The notes beneath the pieces were generated by a model. The model was not told where the DNA came from. It saw only the letters and a list, made by a program, of their open reading frames with translations, and did no database searches. 64,000 nt of DNA from Clostridiales bacterium (GTDB lineage Bacteria > Bacillota > Clostridia > Oscillospirales > CAG-272). Where the stretch lies: assembly GCA_012837425.1 (NCBI GenBank), contig DURE01000006.1, positions 11,462 through 75,461 on the forward strand, written 5' to 3'. The position numbers and the translations under genes were made by a program. The stretch's first letter is position 1. Each line of letters opens with the position of its first letter. Below, piece by piece: positions 40,961-50,676 of this stretch.

Positions 40961-42091
40961 CTATTTGTCCTGCGGCCTGAAAAACTGGTACAGCCGGCAG
41001 GGTATCATCCCGTTATACAGCCGTCTCACCTTGTCGGCGCGCCGGCCGTATAGCCGCTCGAAGTTTTCGGAGGCCGACAGGATATAAATATGCCACGGCG
41101 AAAAACCGGCAAAACTCCTCCCTATGTCACGGTAGAGCCGCTCGGTCTCTGTAATATCGCTCATCCGCTCGCCGTAGGGCGGGTTGCATACTATGCTGCC
41201 CCGGCAGTCGGGCTTTTTTATTGTCCGTGCATCGGCCTGAAAAACCCTGATGTTCTCTGACACTCCGGTTCGCCCTGCATTTGCCTTGGTAAGCTCCAGT
41301 ACCTCGGGGTCTATATCCGACGCCCAGACCCGGCAGTCCCGGGCCGGGGACGCGGCCGACCTGGCCTCCTCGCGGGCGCGTGCCCAAATTCCCTTTGGCA
41401 GAAAGGCAAACTGCTCGCCCGCAAAGCTGCGGCTCACGCCGGGAGCTATTCCCCTCATCAGCATCGCCGCTTCAATTGCAACTGTCCCCGACCCGCAGAA
41501 GGGGTCCCACAAAAGAACACCCTCGCGCGGGCGCGAGGTCATTACCATAGCGGCCCCAAGGGTTTCACGCAGCGGGGCAATGCCGGCGGCCGGCCGGTAG
41601 CCGCGCTTGTGCAGCGCGACCCCCGAGGTGTCAATCATCAGCGACGCTGTGTCCTTGAAGATAAAAAACTCAATCTGGTATTTGGTCCCGCTCTCCTCAA
41701 GCCATGTGACGCCGTACTTTGAGGCCAGCCGGTCTGCCACCGCCTTTTTGACAATCCTCTGGCAGTCGGGAATTGAGGCAAGGCAACTTTTTATCGAATG
41801 CCCCTTGACCGGGAAAGCGTCTTTTTTGCCTATAAAACTCTCCCAGGGCAGCGCCTTCACTCCTTCGAAAAGCTCGTCAAAGGTCATGGCCGGGAAAGCG
41901 CCGAGCCGGATATACACCCGCTCGGCGGTTCTGAGGTTGATGTTGGCCCGGGCGATGTCGGCCCCGCTGCCCCAAAAAGTAATCCTGCCGTCTATTGTGC
42001 CGGCTCTCCTCAGCCCGAGCGCGTCTATCTCGCCCCCGAGCAGCCGCTCAAGCCCGAACAGGCAGGTCGCCACAAGCTCATATTCTCCCAA
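40961..42091 (-). CDS. THUMP-domain RNA methyltransferase (RlmL/YpsC-like)
   Basis: DTSG..LHKRGYR, APLRETL, DPFCGSGT, NPPYGER. Confidence 0.9.
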   Translation of the reverse strand: MGEYELVATCLFGLERLLGGEIDALGLRRAGTIDGRITFWGSGADIARANINLRTAERVYIRLGAFPAMTFDELFEGVKALPWESFIGKKDAFPVKGHSIKSCLASIPDCQRIVKKAVADRLASKYGVTWLEESGTKYQIEFFIFKDTASLMIDTSGVALHKRGYRPAAGIAPLRETLGAAMVMTSRPREGVLLWDPFCGSGTVAIEAAMLMRGIAPGVSRSFAGEQFAFLPKGIWARAREEARSAASPARDCRVWASDIDPEVLELTKANAGRTGVSENIRVFQADARTIKKPDCRGSIVCNPPYGERMSDITETERLYRDIGRSFAGFSPWHIYILSASENFERLYGRRADKVRRLYNGMIPCRLYQFFRPQDK

Positions 42092-42183
42092 ACTCTCTGC
42101 TTCCTTTCCAGAACTACATCCGGATACCCGGGAACTACCCGTTTTCCGGTATCCGCAAATGTCCGGTGCCTTGTGTACGGCAA

Positions 42184-42726
42184 CTATTCGTATTTCGCCC
42201 TCGCCCCGCCGATATATTTCGGCCGGGTCCGCGCACAGACGAGATTTGCCTCGCCAATTCGCCTTACCGAAAGCCGCACCGGGACCGCGACGTCGCGCAG
42301 ATGCATGCCTATGAGAGTATCGCCGATATCGATACCGGCGTGAGCCTTGATATGCTCGACCGCGACCGGGTCCGAAAAGCTGCCGTAGGCCACGGTTGCA
42401 AACGAGCCGCCGGCATGAGGCTTTGGCACCACCGAGACAATCTCATATCCGTATTTTTCGGCGCAGGCCCGCTCAACTATCAGGGCGCGGTTGAGGTGCT
42501 CGCAGCATTGCGCTGCAAGAAAGACACCGGCTTCCATGAGCCCCGGGTATATACCCTCAAACACGGCCCTTGCCGCCTCTAGCGAGGAGTTTTTGCCGAT
42601 ATGCCCGCCGACTATCTCGGAGGACGAGCAGCCAGCTACCAGTATGTCGCCGGCCCGAAACCCCGCGAGGCCGAGCAATTCGGTCAGGGCAGTTCGTGCC
42701 TGTTGTTTTATTAAGTTAAGGTTCAT
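42184..42726 (-). CDS. TIGR01440/UPF0340 (YwlG-like) protein
   Basis: GCSSSE, QCCEHLNRAL, HAGGS, GIDIGDTLIGMHL, TRPKYIGG.RA. Confidence 0.92.
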   Translation of the reverse strand: MNLNLIKQQARTALTELLGLAGFRAGDILVAGCSSSEIVGGHIGKNSSLEAARAVFEGIYPGLMEAGVFLAAQCCEHLNRALIVERACAEKYGYEIVSVVPKPHAGGSFATVAYGSFSDPVAVEHIKAHAGIDIGDTLIGMHLRDVAVPVRLSVRRIGEANLVCARTRPKYIGGARAKYE

Positions 42727-42870
42727 TTCTGACTCTCCTCGAATTCCCGCAAACCTGCCCGGGCTGCCCCGCGCGGTGCGGAATATTAATCTTAATGGTA
42801 TTATACATCAAAATATTTTTTTTTACAATAATCAGCCCAGGAAAAAGAGGGCTTGTCACAGCAAGGATAA

Positions 42871-42908
42871 AAAGGGCTGCCGCAAACCCATTTGATTTGC
42901 GGCAGCCA
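42871..42908 (-). terminator. Terminator after ispH-rpsA
   Basis: ggctgccgcaaa...tttgcggcagcc hairpin with a T-run on the - strand. Confidence 0.75.
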
Positions 42909-42942
42909 CCGTCATGTCGCCTGATTTTCGGTGGTTCTTCGG

Positions 42943-45132
42943 TTAATCTGCTTCGGGCGTATCGACAGGTGCTTCGGGGGCGGTTGCTTCGCTCAGATCG
43001 GCCGGAGCCACCTCAGGCGCTTCTGCGGGAGTATCGGTATTTTCAGGCGCTACGGGTGCTTCTTCGGGTTCCTCTGTCAAATCAGCTTCGGAGGAGTCCT
43101 TTTCATTCCGGGCGGCGAGCTCCCCTCTTGCCTCCTCCTCCAGAAGCGCGCGGATTGAAAGGCTCACATTTCTTTTTTCCTCATCAATGCCGACTATCTT
43201 TACATCGACCATATCCCCGATGCTCAGCACATCCTCCGGCCGGGAGACACGGGTTATGGCGAGCTGGGATATGTGTATCAGCCCGTCAACCCCGTCGATT
43301 ATCTCGGCAAAGGCGCCAAAGGGCATCAGACTCACGATCCTGGCCTTTATTACGTCGCCGACCGCAAACCTGTTCTTAAATACGCGCCAAGGCTCGGTTT
43401 CCTCGGTCTTATAGCTGAGCGATATGCGCCCGCGCTCGCGGTCAAAGCTCTTTACATAGACCTCAATCTCGTCTCCGATTGAGACCACCTCGGCCGGCGA
43501 TTTGATATGCTTCCAGGAAAGCTCGGTGGTATGCACCATGCCGTCTACCACGCCAAGGTCGACAAACGCACCGTAGCTTGTCATGTTCTTAACCCTTCCG
43601 GTAAATTTCATGCCGACTTCAAGCGAATCCCAGAAGGCGGCCTCACGCGCTCTTCTTTCGTCGCGAAGCACAAGTCGTATTGAGCCGATAGCGCGTTTTC
43701 TCTGCGGTTTTATTTCTATTATTCTTATGCGTACTGCTTCGCCCAGGAGCTCGGACATATCCTTGTCCTTTGGCACGCCGGTCTGCGAAGCGGGGACGAA
43801 TATCCGGTTTGAGTTGATTGTCACTTCAACACCGCCCTTGTTGACGCCGGTGACCCTGCCTTCAAGCACCTCATTGTCTTCATAGGCCTTTACAAGCTCC
43901 TGCCAGTTCCGGTCAGAATCAACCCGTCTTTTAGACAGGGTGGCGACTCCGTCGGTATCGTTGACCTTCAGCACATAGGCGTCGATCTTGTCTCCGACCT
44001 GAAACATCTCGGTCAGTTTTGCCGACGGGTCGTCTGTCGCCTGGTCAGCGGCAATCACACCTGTAACCTTGGCGCCAATATCGAGCTGAAGCTCGGCGTC
44101 GGTAACAGAAGTCACTGTACCGGTGACAACTTCGCCTGTATTTAAAGTTTTAAGTGATTTTTCGAGCATTTCCTCAAAGGTCTGTGCCCTGGTCTGGGTG
44201 TTTTCGCTCATTATTTCCAATACCTCCTGAATTATGCCGGCAGGCGTTGAGGCACCCGCGACAATCCCGGTTTTCACACGCGGAATTTTAGATTTTATTT
44301 CCAGAAGGATGCTCCGGAGTTCCCTGCCGTCAGCCACAAGATAGGTCAGCGGGCAGTTTTTTTTGCAGATATCATAGAGCCCGGCGGTGTTCGCGCTTTC
44401 CCGTCCACCTATCACTATCATAATATCGCATTGTTCCGAAAGACTTTTTGCTTCGCTCTGGCGCTTTTCGGTAACACCACATATTGTATCAAAAATAATC
44501 GTGTTTGTACATAGCTTTTTTAATATTTCACGACTTTTTCTCCACTCCGACAAATCAAAAGTCGTTTGGACAGCCATTACCGCGGTTTTTTTGTGCATAT
44601 CGCCGAGCATTCCACTTTCAACCGCCGCTTCAAGCTCGTCGGCCGAGCTGAAAACATACTTTTCGCCCTCGACGCAGCTCAAGATGCCTACCACCTCGGG
44701 GTGCTGTGGGTTCCCCATCAGTATAAAGCACTTGCCCTCCCCCGAGTGTTCCGAGGCCGCAGCCCTGACCTTTCTGACATAAGGGCAGGTGCAGTCTATA
44801 TACCCGAAGTGCTTGTTTTCTGCTGCCAGCCTGCCGAGTTGTTCCTCGGTCTGCCGTGTGACCCCGTGAGCCCGGATGAAAAGTGTTACCGACGACTCTG
44901 CGCTTGCAGAGGCCGCCACTTCTGCAATCTCTGACTCGTCAAGCACCCCGACGCCGCGCTCTGCGAGGTAGGAATTGTAGGTGTCGTTGTGAATCAGCTT
45001 GCCGAGCGTAAATAACCTCTCGCCCGGAGCCGCCTGCACGAGCCTTTCTTCGATGCTCTCGGCAGCCCGCCTGACCCCGAAACAAAAGCCCGCGTTTTTC
45101 GCGACTATTATATTACTGCCGCTCTCTGCCAT
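42943..45132 (-). CDS. ispH: Bifunctional HMBPP reductase IspH / ribosomal protein S1 fusion
   Basis: AGFCFGV, IHN, RAHG, TCP.V, HPEV, TIC..T..RQ, AGASTP, followed by four S1 repeats. Confidence 0.93.
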   Translation of the reverse strand: MAESGSNIIVAKNAGFCFGVRRAAESIEERLVQAAPGERLFTLGKLIHNDTYNSYLAERGVGVLDESEIAEVAASASAESSVTLFIRAHGVTRQTEEQLGRLAAENKHFGYIDCTCPYVRKVRAAASEHSGEGKCFILMGNPQHPEVVGILSCVEGEKYVFSSADELEAAVESGMLGDMHKKTAVMAVQTTFDLSEWRKSREILKKLCTNTIIFDTICGVTEKRQSEAKSLSEQCDIMIVIGGRESANTAGLYDICKKNCPLTYLVADGRELRSILLEIKSKIPRVKTGIVAGASTPAGIIQEVLEIMSENTQTRAQTFEEMLEKSLKTLNTGEVVTGTVTSVTDAELQLDIGAKVTGVIAADQATDDPSAKLTEMFQVGDKIDAYVLKVNDTDGVATLSKRRVDSDRNWQELVKAYEDNEVLEGRVTGVNKGGVEVTINSNRIFVPASQTGVPKDKDMSELLGEAVRIRIIEIKPQRKRAIGSIRLVLRDERRAREAAFWDSLEVGMKFTGRVKNMTSYGAFVDLGVVDGMVHTTELSWKHIKSPAEVVSIGDEIEVYVKSFDRERGRISLSYKTEETEPWRVFKNRFAVGDVIKARIVSLMPFGAFAEIIDGVDGLIHISQLAITRVSRPEDVLSIGDMVDVKIVGIDEEKRNVSLSIRALLEEEARGELAARNEKDSSEADLTEEPEEAPVAPENTDTPAEAPEVAPADLSEATAPEAPVDTPEAD

Positions 45133-45757
45133 CGCTATCCTTTCTCTCAAGTCCGCCAAGCGCACAGACCCGCCCGAATATAAATTCTGCGACTTCTTTA
45201 TACCCGGCGTGTGCCTCTCTCATTTTGGCTATAGTCGAGTGAGATATCGGCTCCCCGATGATAATCTCCTTTTTGGCAAAGGGCGCGGATATGTAGCCCT
45301 TCGCCCTGATAAACACCGGCAACACATCGGCGCCGGCACGGTGAGCAATCATACCGACCCCGCTTCTCACCTCGGTGTCAAGCGGATTTTCACCCTTTCG
45401 CCTTGTCCCCTGCGGGAACATGCCGACGCACCTGCCCGACACTAGTATTGAAATGGTGTTTTTTATGCTTGTCATATCAGCGACTCCCCGCCTGACCGGA
45501 TAGGTGCCGAGCGCCCTTATAAGCCCCCTAAGCAGCGGAATTTTGAAAAGCTCTTCCTTAGCCATATAGTGGAGCTGCCGCTTGCGAAAGGCCGCGCCCA
45601 GCCAGACCGGGTCCCATGCCGACATATGGTTGGCGCAGACAAGATACCCCCCGGCGTCCGGGGCGGGTTCGTTTTCGCGTCCGGTCACCCTGATTCTGAA
45701 AACCAGCCTTATTGGCGCCGCGACAAGCCGGTGGCAGATACGGTAGAATCTATCCAT
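45113..45757 (-). CDS. plsC: 1-acyl-sn-glycerol-3-phosphate acyltransferase
   Basis: NHMSAWD, AKEELF, FPQGTR. Confidence 0.9.
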   Translation of the reverse strand: MDRFYRICHRLVAAPIRLVFRIRVTGRENEPAPDAGGYLVCANHMSAWDPVWLGAAFRKRQLHYMAKEELFKIPLLRGLIRALGTYPVRRGVADMTSIKNTISILVSGRCVGMFPQGTRRKGENPLDTEVRSGVGMIAHRAGADVLPVFIRAKGYISAPFAKKEIIIGEPISHSTIAKMREAHAGYKEVAEFIFGRVCALGGLERKDSDGRERQ

Positions 45758-45796
45758 TTGTTTATTATTCCCGTTCTCTGTTCAGATTTTGACATC

Positions 45797-46459
45797 TCAC
45801 AGTTTTTCCTTGATAATCCTTAGAACATCCTCAACCGACTCCTCGTTGGTGCAGTCTGAATTGTCGAGTATTACCGCGTCGGGAGCAGGAATTGCCGGAG
45901 CTATTTCCCGGCTCCTATCCCGGGCGTCGCGCTCCTTCATCTCGGCCAACACATCCTCATATTTAACCTCAATCCCCTTGGCCAGGAGCTCGTTGTATCT
46001 TCTGCGCGCTCTCACCTCATCGGTTGCGGTCAAAAATATCTTGATGTCTGCGTCGGGGAGTATCACGGTCCCGATGTCCCGCCCGTCCATTACCACGCTG
46101 TGCTCCCGGGCGATGGATTTCTGTGTCTCGAGGAGAAATTTGCGCACCGCGGGTATGGCCGAGACCGCCGAGGCGTACATCGAGATTTCGGGCTGCCGGA
46201 TTTTGTCCCCGAGGTTCTCACCGTTAAGATATACATTCTGCACCCCGCACTCATATTTAAGCCCGATATTTATTTCGGGCAAAAGCTCCTCCACCGCAAC
46301 TGAATCCTGAGGGTCAACTCCTTTGCTTTTTACATAGTATCCGACCGCGCGGTATAGCGCTCCGGTGTCGACATATATTATTCCAAGCCGCGCGGCCAGG
46401 GCTTTGGCAAGCGTGCTTTTTCCGGCGCCACTGGGTCCGTCAATCGCAATTTTTATCAT
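45797..46459 (-). CDS. cmk: Cytidylate kinase
   Basis: IAIDGPSGAGKST, DTGALYR, MDGRDIGTV. Confidence 0.97.
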   Translation of the reverse strand: MIKIAIDGPSGAGKSTLAKALAARLGIIYVDTGALYRAVGYYVKSKGVDPQDSVAVEELLPEINIGLKYECGVQNVYLNGENLGDKIRQPEISMYASAVSAIPAVRKFLLETQKSIAREHSVVMDGRDIGTVILPDADIKIFLTATDEVRARRRYNELLAKGIEVKYEDVLAEMKERDARDRSREIAPAIPAPDAVILDNSDCTNEESVEDVLRIIKEKL

Positions 46460-46469
46460 ATTTACTCCC

Positions 46470-47792
46470 CTATTTGTTGTTTTGTGATATTATCAGTTGT
46501 CTAGCTGCGCTCTCGCCGGCCAGCGTGCCGGTCGAAAAGGCTATCTGTAGATTGTACCCGCCGGTGTACCCGTCGACGTCTAAAACCTCGCCGGCAAAGT
46601 AAAGTCCACTTATCAGCTTTGATTCCATGGTCGAAGAGCTTATCTCCCGGGTGTCCACACCCCCGCGGGTGATTATTGCCTCGGCCAGCGGCCGAAAGCC
46701 GCGCAGCTTAATCCTGAAATCCTTAAGCAGGTTAAGCAGCCTGTGCCGCTCCTCTCGGGTTATCGAATGCACCTTTTGGGTCGGCTCAATACCCGAGATG
46801 TGAACTATGGTCGGTATCATTTTCCGGGGCAGGAGGTCACTTAGCGAATTTTCGAAATTTCTGTTTGAGTACTTGGCAAAATCCGAGCGCAGCCGTGCGT
46901 CGAGCGTCGCCTCGTCAAGCGCGGGCTTGAGGTCGATTGAGGCCTCATACCTCCCGGGCGCGATGTCGTGGATATGCGCCGAGGCGCTCAGAATCATCGG
47001 CCCCGACATACCGTAATGCGTAAAGAGCAGCTCGCCGAAATCGGAGTAAAGAGCTTTGCCGTCGCTGATTCTCCGGACTGTCAGCGCGACGTTTTTCAGT
47101 GCCAGACCCTGCATAGAAGCGCAGAGGTCGCCCTCACAGATTATCGGCACAAGCGACGGCGAAATGTCGGTAACATGGTGTCCCGCCGCCCGGGCGAATT
47201 TATATCCGTCGCCGTCCGAGCCGGTGAGCGGGTAGGACATGCCTCCGGTAGAGACAATCACCGCATCAAAGTCATACCTCCCCCGCTCTGTAGCAAGCCC
47301 GGCTATGCGCTGGTTTTTTATCTCGAGCGAGATCACCTTCTCCCGGACAATTTCGACTCCGGTCCGCCGGCAGTCCCGAATCAGCGCGCCGGCAATGTCT
47401 GCGGCGCGGTCCGAGACCGGGAAAACCCTTCTCCCGCGCTCGGTTTTCAGCGGAACTCCCAGCCGCTCAAAAAGGTTTATCGTGTCCTTCGGCGAAAACC
47501 GGCAAAGGGCAGACCACAAAAAACGGGAGTTAGCCGGAATTCCTGCCATGAACTCGTCGGGCGGGCAGTCATTCGTCACGTTGCATCTTCCCTTGCCTGT
47601 GATGCGCAGCTTCTTCCCGAGTACAGTATTTTTTTCAAACAACCGGACGCGCGCCCCGAGCTCGGCCGCCGCCGCAGCCGCCCTCATTCCGGCGGCACCG
47701 CCGCCGACAACGGCCACCCCAGCGCCTCCCAAGGCCGGTTTTGCGTCGCCGGCAGTCTTTTGCCCGGATGTGCCCTCAGTTGTTTTTATCAT
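46470..47792 (-). CDS. HI0933/BaiN-family flavoprotein (NAD(P)/FAD oxidoreductase); start codon uncertain
   Basis: GGGAAG, GKKL.ITGKGRCN.TN, GG.SYP.TGS.GDG, GYTGGYNLQ.A. Confidence 0.92.
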   Translation of the reverse strand: MIKTTEGTSGQKTAGDAKPALGGAGVAVVGGGAAGMRAAAAAAELGARVRLFEKNTVLGKKLRITGKGRCNVTNDCPPDEFMAGIPANSRFLWSALCRFSPKDTINLFERLGVPLKTERGRRVFPVSDRAADIAGALIRDCRRTGVEIVREKVISLEIKNQRIAGLATERGRYDFDAVIVSTGGMSYPLTGSDGDGYKFARAAGHHVTDISPSLVPIICEGDLCASMQGLALKNVALTVRRISDGKALYSDFGELLFTHYGMSGPMILSASAHIHDIAPGRYEASIDLKPALDEATLDARLRSDFAKYSNRNFENSLSDLLPRKMIPTIVHISGIEPTQKVHSITREERHRLLNLLKDFRIKLRGFRPLAEAIITRGGVDTREISSSTMESKLISGLYFAGEVLDVDGYTGGYNLQIAFSTGTLAGESAARQLIISQNNK

Positions 47793-48633
47793 AGACATCG
47801 TATTCGTCCCAGATTTTTTCAAGCTCGCGCAGCCGCTCCCTGAGTTCGTCGCTTTTTTTCCTTGAGAGCGCTACAATCATCGCGTTAATTATGCTCAGCG
47901 GGGCGACAAGCGAGTCGGCAAAGGAGGCCATGTCCGAGCAGGCGGTCAAGAGCTGGTCTGCATACCCGGCAATCGGGGATTTTGCGCTGTCGGTCAGCGC
48001 AACAATCCCGGCCCCTCGCGAGCGCGCAAAGGCCACCGCGTTGATAATCCGCTTTGAATAGCGCGGGAAGCTGATGGCAATCATCACGTCCTCGCTCTCA
48101 ATGCGCATGAGCTGCTCGAATATTTCGCTGCCCGAGGATGTCTGTATGAACCTTATGTTGTCGAATATCATCCTCAGGCCGAAGTTGAGAAAACCCGCAA
48201 GCGAGGCCGAGGCTCTGACCCCGACTATATAGATGTTCCTTGCCGAGGCTATCTTGTCTGTGGCCTCGTAGAAAGCATTCCTGTCAATCTCGTCAAGTGT
48301 ACGCCGGATTTTGTCTATATCCGAGAGCAGCACTTTTGCAAGAATGTCGGCGTTGCCTATGAGAGTGTTGGTTACCTCCATGCGCTGGACCGAGGTGAGC
48401 TTTGTGCGGGTCAGCTCCTGCAGGGCGCGCTGCATTTCGGGATAGCCCTCATAGCCGAGCTTGAGTGCAAAGCGAACAACCGTGGATTCAGACACGCCTG
48501 TCCGGCTCCCGAGGCTTGCGGCCGTCATATACGCCGCCTTTTCATAATTTTCTATGATGAATTTTGCTATAGCCCGCTGCCCCTTCGAGAAGTCGGCCAT
48601 ATTTTCTTCTATTGTATTAAGAAGTTTCTGCAC
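47776..48633 (-). CDS. MurR/RpiR family transcriptional regulator
   Basis: VSESTVVRFA..LGY.GY HTH, SIS domain (ISFPRYS, LTDS..SP). Confidence 0.93.
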   Translation of the reverse strand: MQKLLNTIEENMADFSKGQRAIAKFIIENYEKAAYMTAASLGSRTGVSESTVVRFALKLGYEGYPEMQRALQELTRTKLTSVQRMEVTNTLIGNADILAKVLLSDIDKIRRTLDEIDRNAFYEATDKIASARNIYIVGVRASASLAGFLNFGLRMIFDNIRFIQTSSGSEIFEQLMRIESEDVMIAISFPRYSKRIINAVAFARSRGAGIVALTDSAKSPIAGYADQLLTACSDMASFADSLVAPLSIINAMIVALSRKKSDELRERLRELEKIWDEYDVYDKNN

Positions 48634-48681
48634 CCTCGCGTCCTCCGCCCGGCCTGCCGGACCTTTGTATTATTTACCCTG

Positions 48682-48710
48682 ATTATAATCTTTTTAGTCG
48701 CCTCTGTCAA
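48682..48710 (-). promoter_or_regulatory. Consensus sigma-A promoter of the rpiR-HI0933-cmk-plsC-ispH/rpsA cluster
   Basis: TTGACA-17 nt-TATAAT on the - strand. Confidence 0.8.
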
Positions 48711-48840
48711 CATGATTTTTCATGCCGGGGGCGCGCCGCACGGGATCCCGGCCGGCCGTGCGGGCCCTAATAGTATGTTTTATACAAATTCGGAGCAAAA
48801 TTATTATTGATTATTTTGTCGGAAATATTTGCACAGGTGG

Positions 48841-49015
48841 TTTACATGCGGCCGGGTTTGTGCTAAAATTAACATGAAAGGCCCGGATTCCGCTTAAACG
48901 GCAGATGCGTATAACGGTAACGGCAAATTTAATATGCGTGAATCTTTTATATTCACCGATTTTTTATGCTGATACGCCGCCGCGCGAGTGAATCTTCGCT
49001 CAAACGGCGGCTTTT
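48841..49015 (+). promoter_or_regulatory. Promoter and putative attenuator leader of the nucleobase permease
   Basis: TTTACA-17 nt-TAAAAT with TGn; leader hairpin gccgccg(48976-82)/cggcggc(49005-11) followed by TTTT. Confidence 0.55.
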
Positions 49016-49073
49016 ATATGCCCCGGGCACTTGCATTGACAGTATTAAATAAAGAAAGAAGAGGAGAGAGAAG

Positions 49074-50435
49074 ATGAAGCTCTACTACAATGTCAGCGAC
49101 AGGCCGAAAACCGGCCAGCTAATCGTATTTGCGCTCCAGCAGCTGCTTGCGATTATCACGGCAACCCTTGTCGTTCCGGTAATCATTAACCAGACAACCG
49201 GCACCACCAACATGAGTCCGGCAGCCGCCCTATTCGGTGCGGGTGTCGGCACACTTATTTATGTGCTCTTTACAAAGGCAAAGAGCCCGGTTTTCCTCGG
49301 TTCGTCCTTCGCATTCATCGGCTCGATGGTCGCGGCCTTTGCCGGCGGCGTGTCTGTTGCCCTCGGCTACCTCGGGCTTATCATAGGCGCGACGCTTGCG
49401 GGACTGGTATATGTCGTCATAGCAATAGTCGTCAAGCTTGTGGGAGTAAAATGGATTTCAAAGCTGATGCCGGCTGTCGTCATCGGCCCGACGGTCGCCT
49501 TAATCGGGCTTTCGCTGTCAGGCAATGCGGTGTCCAGCCTGCAGACCGCCAATGCCGGGGGGCATACGCTGGTCGCGGTGCTCTGCGGGCTTGTAACGCT
49601 CGGTGTCACCATGGCGTTTGCCACATACGGCAAAAAGATGGGCAAGCTCATACCCTTTATATTCGGCATTCTGGCAGGCTATGCTTTTTCAGCGGTGCTG
49701 ACATTTATCGGCAAGGCCGCCGGTATTGACGCGCTGCTTATATCCGATTTCAGCGCCCTGACCCAAAACTTTGAGAATATCACCCTTGAGAGCTTCATCA
49801 CGCTGGGAGTTGACCATTTTGTGTTTGTGACGGCGCTGGGCGGTTTCCCGGAAATTTCAGGCGCTTATCTGGGCACAATAGCCGTGGCATATGTCCCGGT
49901 TGCCTTTGTGGTTTTTGCCGAGCATCTTGCCGACCATAAAAACCTCTCCTCGATAATCGAGAAAGACCTGCTCGAGGACCCCGGTCTTTCCCGCACCCTG
50001 CTGGGCGACGGTGTCGGGACGATAGCCGGCGCATTTTTCGGGGGCTGCTCCAACACCACATACGGCGAGTCGGTAGGCTGTGTAGCCATTACAAGGAACG
50101 CCTCAATTTACAGCATCATTTATGCGGCGGTCGGCGCGATGATTCTTTCGTTCTTTACACCCTTCGTCGCCTTTGTCAATACAATCCCGGACTGCGTTAT
50201 GGGCGGCGTCTGCATGGCGCTCTACGGCTTTATCGCCGTCTCGGGGCTTAAGATGCTGCAGGGCGTCGACCTTAACAAAAACCAGAACCTCTTTGTGGTA
50301 TCTGTCATACTTATCGCGGGCGTCGGAGGGCTGGTCCTTACCTTTGGCAGGATTACCCTGACCTCAATCGCAGGCTCGCTGATTTTAGGTATTCTAGCAA
50401 ACCTGATGCTCAGCCGGGCCAAGGACGAAGAATAA
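49074..50435 (+). CDS. NCS2 nucleobase permease, UraA/PyrP-like
   Basis: P.FLGSSFAF, EH.ADH, LLGDG, NTTYGE. Confidence 0.9.
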   Translation: MKLYYNVSDRPKTGQLIVFALQQLLAIITATLVVPVIINQTTGTTNMSPAAALFGAGVGTLIYVLFTKAKSPVFLGSSFAFIGSMVAAFAGGVSVALGYLGLIIGATLAGLVYVVIAIVVKLVGVKWISKLMPAVVIGPTVALIGLSLSGNAVSSLQTANAGGHTLVAVLCGLVTLGVTMAFATYGKKMGKLIPFIFGILAGYAFSAVLTFIGKAAGIDALLISDFSALTQNFENITLESFITLGVDHFVFVTALGGFPEISGAYLGTIAVAYVPVAFVVFAEHLADHKNLSSIIEKDLLEDPGLSRTLLGDGVGTIAGAFFGGCSNTTYGESVGCVAITRNASIYSIIYAAVGAMILSFFTPFVAFVNTIPDCVMGGVCMALYGFIAVSGLKMLQGVDLNKNQNLFVVSVILIAGVGGLVLTFGRITLTSIAGSLILGILANLMLSRAKDEE

Positions 50436-50452
50436 TCCTTCATAAGAATTGT

Positions 50453-50482
50453 AGCCGGCGCCGCATTTGCGGCGCCGGCTTG
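50453..50482 (+). terminator. Hairpin after the permease gene
   Basis: agccggcgccgca-tt-tgcggcgccggct. Confidence 0.6.
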
Positions 50483-50513
50483 CTCGCAGCATTCAGCAAT
50501 TTTTCGTTATAGG

Positions 50514-50670
50514 GCGCAACGACCCGGCGCGCCGGGACCTCGCGCTGCTTTCCCCATGTCAGTCAGCGGGCGAGTGGCAGCAGAGCGCGGAATATGGGCT
50601 CCCGCGCTGCTTAATATGCAATTCAGTTCAGGTAGTTTTTAGTTAAGCGGGGTGTGGGGCAGCGCCCCGC
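50514..50670 (+). repeat. Composite intergenic repeat, modules C+B+A (locus 3)
   Basis: cgcgctgctttccccatgtcagtcag...ggcagcagagcgcgg...cccgcgctgc...aagcggggtgtggggcagcgcccc. Confidence 0.85.
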
Positions 50671-50676
50671 GTGCAC

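Noticed and set aside
42943-45132. IspH-S1 fusion as a novelty
   Set aside because: Already well known in Clostridia
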